This document shows positions 48,301 through 57,300 of a stretch of 64,000 bases of DNA, piece after piece. Below the pieces are notes generated by a model. The model was not told the origin of the DNA. It ran no database searches and saw only the letters and a list, made by a program, of their open reading frames with translations. The stretch's first letter is position 1. The number at the start of each line of letters is the position of its first letter. Origin of the DNA: Harriotta raleighana (taxonomy: Eukaryota); assembly GCA_050575255.1 (NCBI GenBank), contig JBNZDD010013373.1, positions 210,662 to 274,661 of the forward strand. Reading direction: 5' to 3'. The position numbers and the translations under genes were made by a program.

Positions 48301-51300
48301 GCAATTTGGCTGTCGCGTTTCACCCACAAATATACAGTCAATTATTTTCTTACTTTCCTTTCCCCTCCTCCTCTCCCCCCTCCCCCCCCCCACTCTGATC
48401 CCTACTTGACTGTACAGCGCCTTGGGACGTCCTCCCGACATGAAAGGCACTATATAAATGTAATTTGAATTGATTGCCTGTTCATGTTGTGAATGTGGCT
48501 GACATCAGACTTCTGCATGACTCAGTTCTGAAATTGCCTCAGAGACCAACTATTTGCATGTAGTCCTGACAATTAAGAGGCACTGATTGTACACAAGGCT
48601 ACGACTAAACTGGGGGATGTAAAGATGGATGCTGGCACAAATTATATTTTATATTGCCAATCTGCTGCTACTTATTGGCATTATTTTGTGAAGTGAAAGG
48701 AAGATATTTAATATCAGAAGACTCATCGATGTTTTTGGAGACACGCATTTTGAATTATTAATCATCTTCCCAAGAGTAGGAGAGCACAGCTGGCTATTTG
48801 GAAGATTATATTAATTCTGTTCATAAAATTTATCATAAAACACAAGAGAGAAAAAGTAGGTTTTTTTTTCTATTCCCTCCATTATGTTGCCACCAAATGA
48901 ACTGGCCAGCTAATATATTTCCTATTGTACAAAGCTGGATAGTCTCATGCTTTAGACTTGAAACAGAATTGCAGCTTGGAAAAGATTATGAATACGATGC
49001 AAGAAATATCAAAATGTTTTATGAATCGATGAGCGAAACTATAGACTGCCAAAATGTAATATTTCAGAACCCCATTCATTTTGTTTTCAGATCTGGTCTC
49101 TGTGGCTTTAGTGACCCACTGGAACGTGCTCTTAACTGCTGTATTAGGCAATTTGTGTTTCCCTTGAATATTCTTGATCCTAGTTTTCTACATTCAAACC
49201 TAAGCCTCCCCATGAAACACATGTATTTATTGTAGAAAAATGCTTTATTATTAGAAAAACACATTGCAACTAACTGCTCTTTTTCTCGGTTTCTCCAATA
49301 AGATAGAATTTTTAATGTAGAGATTATAGTGTGTGTGTGTGGGTGGGTGGCATATACTCTTTAGTTAAGACCAGATAGAAAATGTTTCTTGCTAAAATGA
49401 GCTGATCGTTAGCTGCCGAGGCCCATACTACAGTAATACAGTGACTGTGGTGTTCCTATGGTGACTGTTAATCTCTCATTGTGCCAGAAACTCAACAACT
49501 ATATCAACAAAGCAGACCTGTATGTGCAGATAAGACCTGAAAAATATGACATTCAGTCAACATAATTATCTTTTATGATGACTTTTTTTTAGAGGGTAGG
49601 CTGGGAAGTGGCGGGGAGGGATGCCTCTTAAAACCATCGCCTTTCAGGGAAAATTGTTTGCTCAGGGTCAGAACATAGCTTTCCAGAAAAAAAGCCGACT
49701 CGATGAGAATTCTTGCATCTTTTTCCCTCATTTGTGTTTGGTGTTGCAGGGGAAGTGGAAAGAGGACAATTCCAGTGTCATTATTCAACTATGGGGCACA
49801 CATTTCATTATAATTGGACCAGTTAGTTATCCCATAATGCTTCTCCTCCCCCCCCCCACATACCCTTCCTCCAGAGACAGGGAAGATGACTGGAGAGTAA
49901 GGCAGCCTATACTGTTCTTGCATAAAACACAGCAGCTAGTTTTGGGGGCAGCATTAATATGCGAATGGATGACAGGCTGGTGCCTTAGTTTGAAAATTAT
50001 ATCTTGGAGAAGTGTGGCTTAATAGGGGAGAAAATGACTTGCAATATGGCAGAGAGATTAATTATAATTTTCCCCCCACCCCAACTTTGTTTAACAAGCT
50101 GACGCCTTCTTTAAAGCCGCAATCAGCCTTCTTCCAGAAGTGCCAAGGATGATCAGCGTAGATGGGAAGATGAGATCTTCAGAAGGCTTCCTCTTCGAAT
50201 TCCTCAGTAACTTCTTCTCCACTCTGTTAATCGTACCTGTGAGTATGCTGCAAATAATGTCAGTGTTGATTCAACAGGGTGGTTTATCAACAACTCCTAT
50301 GAAATAGTAGGTCGGCGGGTTCGTCACTGCATTTTGCACCTAAATCTATGCTAAGCTCTCAAGGGGATGTGCACTTCTAAATTGTAGGAGAATCAGAATA
50401 ATCATCACAGGACAGATTCCTGCATCTCCTGGCGGACTCATTTGAAGAATATTGGAAAATAGGGCAGGTCATCTGCCTACAGGTGCTTTTTAGAATGTGC
50501 TTCTCTTCCGGTGCATTTAATTTGGCTTATTGCTTAAGGTGGTGGTGCATAATACATTTATCAATGTCTATATCCAAGTTTCTATTCATTTTCTACTATT
50601 TAATAATAATAATAATAATCCTTCCATTTGATGTAGCGCTTTTCACCTCTTCTAGATCCCTCAAAGCGCTTCACAGAATGTACTGTAAAGTGAATTCACT
50701 GGATATTTGTGGGCTAAATGCGGCAGACAATTGCACACAGCAGCGTCCCATAAACAGTCATGGATTTGAAATGACCAATTTTATTATTGTGTTTTTTTTG
50801 GACGGATTATTATTAGGCGCGTGGAGTAAGGAAATTTGCCCACGGTTTCGCCCTGACCTGCCTGGATTTGAACACGGGTCTCAAGATTGTACGGCAAATG
50901 CTCTAACCACTGAGCTTCTCCATTTAAGAAGCCAATGTTTTGTACACTGATTTTCTGGCAATTCTTACAAGTGAAAATGGCTGATGATCATTTCTGACTG
51001 TTTCTACTGCCCCCTTTTAACCGGTCGTCATTCCAAACTGTTCTTGTTTAAAAGAAAATAAAACATTGTTGATACACAGCTGGCGGGGGAGCAATCTTCT
51101 TTAATCGCTGTCAGAGGAGATGCGAGATTTCAAGGGAAAATGAAAGATTTTGAAAATCTCACTCAGAAACGCAATCTCCTCAAAATTACATTTGTAATCC
51201 CCCAAATATGTATTTTATGTATCGTTTGTCCTTACTTTTTTTTTCTGCAGTTTTTTTTTCTGGTTTGTTACCTTGGAAACCTTTACAGCTTTACAAATCC

Positions 51301-54300
51301 TCCTTGAATAATGTAATAGACTGCTTGTAGCACTCATCTTGTTTTTCATAAAACCCAAGGTATCATTGTTATTCTACGGGAAAAAAAGGTTATAGTAAAT
51401 CGACACTGACTCGATGGGTCGAATGGCCTCCTTTTGTGCTGAAAAATTCTCTGGTTCCAACTCAAGAAGTTTGATTATTTATTATTAACTATTAACTAAA
51501 TTTATTATTTATTATTTAACATTCTTTCAATAACTGTTCACTATAATCTAAAAACTTTGAGTGCAGTTGCAATGAAGATGGTGCTTGGATGGAACATTAA
51601 CAATTTTCAATCATTCGCCAAATGAGTGGATGCTGAACGAGCCTGACTGTTTGATAAGAATGTGAGTTCTTCACTGTCGATATTGTGCGGTGAGAACCTC
51701 AATCGCATTATCAAAGCTCGTTATCCACTATTCTGTTTAAGCAGTCGACTGAACCCACTGTTTTATTTTGTGGAATCATGCCACCTACAACAACAAAGCT
51801 TGGATTTATAAAGGGCCCTTCACGCCAGGCGGCATCTCAGAGCGCTTCACAATGGCGGAGCCTGGGGCCGAGCCCGGGAGGGGGAAGGTGACTGTAGGCG
51901 CAGTCGAACAGAAAGATCTTCAGGCGTAACCTGAAAATGGAAAAGGAAAAGATGAGACGTAGGGATCGAGGGAGGGAGTTCCAGAGTTTCTGGGTGTAGT
52001 GACTGACGGCTGCCGATGGTGGAGCGGAGGATTCAGGGGATGAGGAGGCCAGACCCAATAGAGTGGAAGGCAGTTGTTGCTGCTGTGAGGAGAGAGGAGG
52101 TTAGAGAGGTAGGGGGTTGCAGAGGAGTGGAGGGATTTAAACTTCAAGAATGAGGAACTTGAACTTGAAATAACTTATTATTTTGTTCACCGGATTTCTG
52201 CCCTCAATTCAGTATTTGTCAGAATTTTGTTATCGGCTTGTTTCCCTAATTATAGTAATATAAAACAGCCAAGATATCATTAGTGGTTCCACAGGAAATA
52301 AAAATACACATGTTGCTGTAAATCCCAACTCTGTACATAAGTATTCAGTGTAACACAAATAATTTTGACGGTACTAAATTTATAGTCGCATATCATTCAC
52401 CTACACAATCCAGAGTCCCTACTCCTTACAGCAAATCCTGTGAAATGCTTTGAGATGTTTCCCTAATGTGAAAGGGACTATGTGAAATGCAAGGACAAAG
52501 TATTGATTACCATATTTTGATATTCTTTTTACGGAGTTTTATTATTAGTTTTGCAACTTTTTTTTTGCAAACACAAGCTAGAAGTATTGAAAAGGTAATA
52601 GTGGTTTCAGGACAAGCACTATTTCAGTGCCTTGGGACATCCTCCCGATGTGAAAGGCGCTCTATAAATGTCATTTTGTTGTTGTTGTATTCTGTTTGGT
52701 ACGGTTAGCCACTCCCTAGTTGTTTTGCACATGAACTTGTATAAAATCCTCTTTCTTTATTTCTTTCTATCTTTGGAATAGGATCACCCAGAACAAGGCG
52801 TCTTGTACCTAGTGAGGGGACTGTTGAATGTGATCCAGGACTACACATGGGAAGACAGCAGTGATCCAAAAGTGCGAACCTACACAAATGTTCTGCACTT
52901 GCTGGCTGCTGTAAGCCAAGAGAACTACCTCTATCATGTAGATAAAGGTACATTCAACATTTGAAATAATCCCCCCTCTTGTCCCGGGTCAGTCTTTTGT
53001 TGAATGTGGTTGTCATTTTTTAAAAAATGCTAAAGATAATATTTAAACTAGTTAGCGAAGATCCTGCCATCACTCTTACGGAATGACATTGGAGGAATTA
53101 GGCATTTTGTTTTTAGCATTTCCAAGAATGTCTATCTGCATAGAAATGGAAAGGTTATTAAGGAGAATAAGCAGTGAAGCAGGAATTTTTTTTTTCATTT
53201 CCTATTGACTTAATAATAAGGGAATGTAACACTCAGCAAAATCTCTTACAAATAGGCTCACTGCTTTCTACAGATTATACAAAGATTCTTTGAATATTTC
53301 ACAACACATCCCGATGGGCTGAATTGCTTCCTTCTGTGCTATATAATTCTATGATTCTCTGATCAATTACTGATATTCCGTCAAAGCCAAAGCATTCTCA
53401 TTGAATGTCTAACCAGAGAGCAGATGGTTTGTGTCATCAACTTGTGAAACTTAATTTGAAGTACAAATATGTCAAAATGGGAAGGGGGTTGTTGACAAGC
53501 ATATACAGTCAAAATCTGATAATCCAGCAAGGTCGGGACCTAGGCGTTTCCAGATTAGCGGATATGACAGATTGTTGGACGTTACTTTTAGGGGTGGGAG
53601 GATTTGAGTGTGCTGTGATCTTATCTATGTTACATACCTGTATAGCGAAACCCAGAGCTCTCCCTATCCTGGCAGAGCAGGCGTTCTGCCTATAGAGGCA
53701 TCGCACTCGCCGGAATTTCATTTTTTAAAAAAATTGTGCATGCGAGCTCACTTATTAAAGCTTGCCTGCGCACTTATTAAACATGACGTCAGTGACGGGC
53801 CCCCGAGGAAAATGCACCGAGTAGTGTGAAGGATCTCTGGGAAGAGATGTGCATAAAGATGCGTGTATTGCAAAAAAACAGACCGTCGCAGATACTGGGC
53901 TATAAGGCTTTCCGGATTATCAGGTGCCGGATTAAAGGACTTTTACTGTACTTAATTTTGCATTTATATGATGGATTCCTTCTATGAAATGATTTGATGG
54001 GAGAGGAAACTATTGGATTTTGTAACAAAATTGGAGTCTTGCAACAATGATTTTTTTCATCAAAGAGATTTGTATCATAACACAGATTGCTGTGAGCAAA
54101 TTTGAGTGCACAAGAACCAGGTGTCTCATTCACCTCAAAACCCTAAAAAAATCGCAGTTTTACTTGAGCCTAAAAGCATGGATGGAATTACTGTACCTGC
54201 TTTTGACTTTAGATTCACTTAACTGAGCAAAGGTAATAACAAACTAGTTGGGTATACATTAGAGTTGATCCTACTTTCACTTATGAAATGACATTGGAGG

Positions 54301-57300
54301 AATGAGTGGTTTATAGCCCTTTTCAGCCCCAAAATGCTTAACTGCACGGGAATGGAAAAGTTATTAAGAAGAATAAACACAGCAGGAGTGTAACCACCTG
54401 CATAGATCATTTGGGCCAAAATAGCCTGTTTCTATGCTGTACATTCTTTGTGATTCTATGTAACATTTCAGTCAGTCTTGGAGAAGTGGGCACATAGTCC
54501 ACTAGGTGGGCTAGTTTTCATTGCCCTGTAATTTATGGACAACTAATATTGTGTTCATGAAAACAATTATAAGAAACTACCTTAGAACTCCCAATAAAGG
54601 GTTATGTCTGAGGATTATCGGTTTCTGATTTAAACACTTTACGCAATTCCATTATTTATTCAGGTTTCAGCAGTTTAAGATTTTCTTTTTATTTATGCCC
54701 TTTGTGCCCTTCTTGATGTAGGTCAAATTACAAGTTTTATCTGTGGTGAATAGAGTGCATAATTGTTGAGCTGACCAACAAGAACACTAGCACAACATGA
54801 AATAGCAACATGTGGGGTGATGGGGCCACTAAGCCTCATGCAGGAGAGGACCAGGGGACAGAATTTTGGCTGATCTGCAGCCTGTAGAGGGAGGGATTGA
54901 GACAAGGAAGGAGTTTGCACAGTCAAGCCTGGATATTATGAATGCACATGTGAGAGTTTCAGCAGGCTGCGGTGAGAGACAGTGGCGGAGCTGGGCAGTG
55001 TTGCGGAGGTGGGGGGAAGGCAGAGCAGGTCAAGGCATGGATGTAGTTGAAAGGGAAGTTGAGGGTCGAACAAGATGCGATGGTTCCAGACTGGCTCATT
55101 GAGGTGGAGTGTGCATCCATGGATGGTGATGCTGTCAGTGCCTGAGGTGTGGAGATGCTGACTGGTGTCAATCAGGGGGGCCTCTGGGGGTCTTGACGTC
55201 CAACTGAAGAAAGTTAGCTCTCATCCAGGACTTGATGTCTGACAGACATTCTGTCAAGACAGCAGTAGTCTGGAGTCAAGGGTGGAGGCAGAGGGATAGA
55301 GTTGGTGATGAGTAACAAGAGCAAAGCAATTTGTCTAAAAAGGTCAGTATCAGCAGGGCTTCAGTACACTGGTGTCAATGAACTTCAATTTCAATGGAGA
55401 ATGGAGAATTAGATTTTTATTTTAGGGAGAACAAGTCTGTTAGGTTATGGGGAGAAAGCTGGGCAGTGGGATTGAGTTGCTCTTTTCAAAGAGCCGGCAC
55501 AGACTAGATGGTCTGAATGGCCTCCTTTTGTGCCATAAAATTCTATGATTCTATGAATGTTTAACCTCCCTTACCGATAGAAAGCTATCGCATTCACAGT
55601 TGTGTGATTAAATGCAACTTATAGGATCTGTGAATGTACTGTATCTTAAAGCAATGGAATTGAATTTAAATTTGAATTCAAAACAATAACAACTTGCATT
55701 TATACAGCACTTCATGCTATTCTCATGGGATAGCGTCTCAGAGCGCTTACAAAGGTCAGGGTTAGCCATGATACACACAGCTGGATTTTGTGGAGCTCCT
55801 GTATCTCAGTGGTTAGAGCACTCGCAAGCGTGAGATCTGTGTTCGAATCCAAGCAGATCACGCGAAAACTTGAGCAAATTCCTTATTCCACACGCCTAAT
55901 AATAATCCATCAAAAAAAAACACAATAATAAAAATTGTTCATTTCAATCCACGACTGTTTGTGGGACACTGCAATTGGCTGCTGCGTTTCACCCCAATTC
56001 ACTTGACAGAATATTCTGTGAAGCGCTTTGAGACGTCGATAAGATGTGAAAAGCGCTATGCCAAATGCAAGGATTATTATTATTATTATTATTTTCTTTT
56101 GTCTCTTGTTATGATTGTACACGTTTAATTTTCCTAGTACAATCTTCCCTCCCATTGAGTTAGCATTACATACAGTGAGCGCTGGGACTAAATGTGTTTT
56201 TTTTTCTTCTTCTTTTTCATGACATGACCATCATACAACTTTATGAACACCTCTCTCTGTCTTGCAGTGGATTCGAACGATAACCTCTACGGAAATGACC
56301 CCAAATTCTTGGCTGAAATTAATAAGCTGTCTGACACACTGATTGGACAGATCTTGGACCATCTCAAAACTCTTGGGAAAGATGAGGTATTGGGTTAATC
56401 AGATGTAGCAAGCAGCCATATTTCCACATTATTTATTTAAAAGCTATCATATGGGCCCAAGTGTTGCCTCCTGCTTCTAAGGGGACCAGACCAGACACTA
56501 TCTCTCTGTATTAAATGCATAATAAGTTGCGCACTGCACAATCATTCTTTATCTTTAGGCTTATTGACTCCGAGCTGCCCTCCAATTCATAACTTTTGAC
56601 AGGAGCTAGAATTGGCTTGCAGGGCTCGGCAGCTGGGAACTGCTATAAGGGATTATTGTCAGCGCTACCTGGGGAATTTTGTAGAAAATAATCTGCGCTC
56701 TGTCTTGAGTCATTCTAAAATATGTATTTTACAAGATTATTCTATACGGACGGGCAGTCTTGTTTTCCCTGCATTTATTCTGCGCACAATGGGACAGATC
56801 AATATTCCCTGTCTGTTTTTAAGATCTTCCCTTGCGTTAAGTTGCATTCAATTCTGGTTTCTGCTGTCTGCATCAGTTGCAGTTAACTGCTATTTTTTTT
56901 TTTTTTGGGTGGGGGGGGTGGGGGGAGTTTAGTTTGCTATTATTTGATGCTTCTAGACTGGCAAAGTGGTGGGGGTGGTGGGGAACCAAACCACATGCGG
57001 GTTGCCTCTGGCTAACCTCTAACTTTCTGACCTTTTGATTTTGTTCCAAGGTTTTCAAATAAATCAAAACATCAAATTCCAGACTCCCTACATCCTAAAT
57101 CAACAAATTTGCTGATGGTGCCTCTGGAAACAAAACAAATTGGCTAAAGGAGGCCATTTGTTCCCCTTTACATGAAAAAATGGGGCGACTGATTAAAGAA
57201 AGGATGTTAGTTTAAAACAATATCTAGTTGCATCTCTTATTATGGGCTGGTATTTATGGGATTGCTTCCAGGGTGACCTGTTATAACAGTGATTTGAGTC

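Noticed and set aside
48798-49235. 145-aa intronic ORF
   Set aside because: Non-ATG start, no recognisable domain, no convincing splice context.
55792-55870. tRNA-like sequence with A and B boxes (also ~50860-50920 and ~15590-15655)
   Set aside because: No intact cloverleaf, and each continues into a SINE body.
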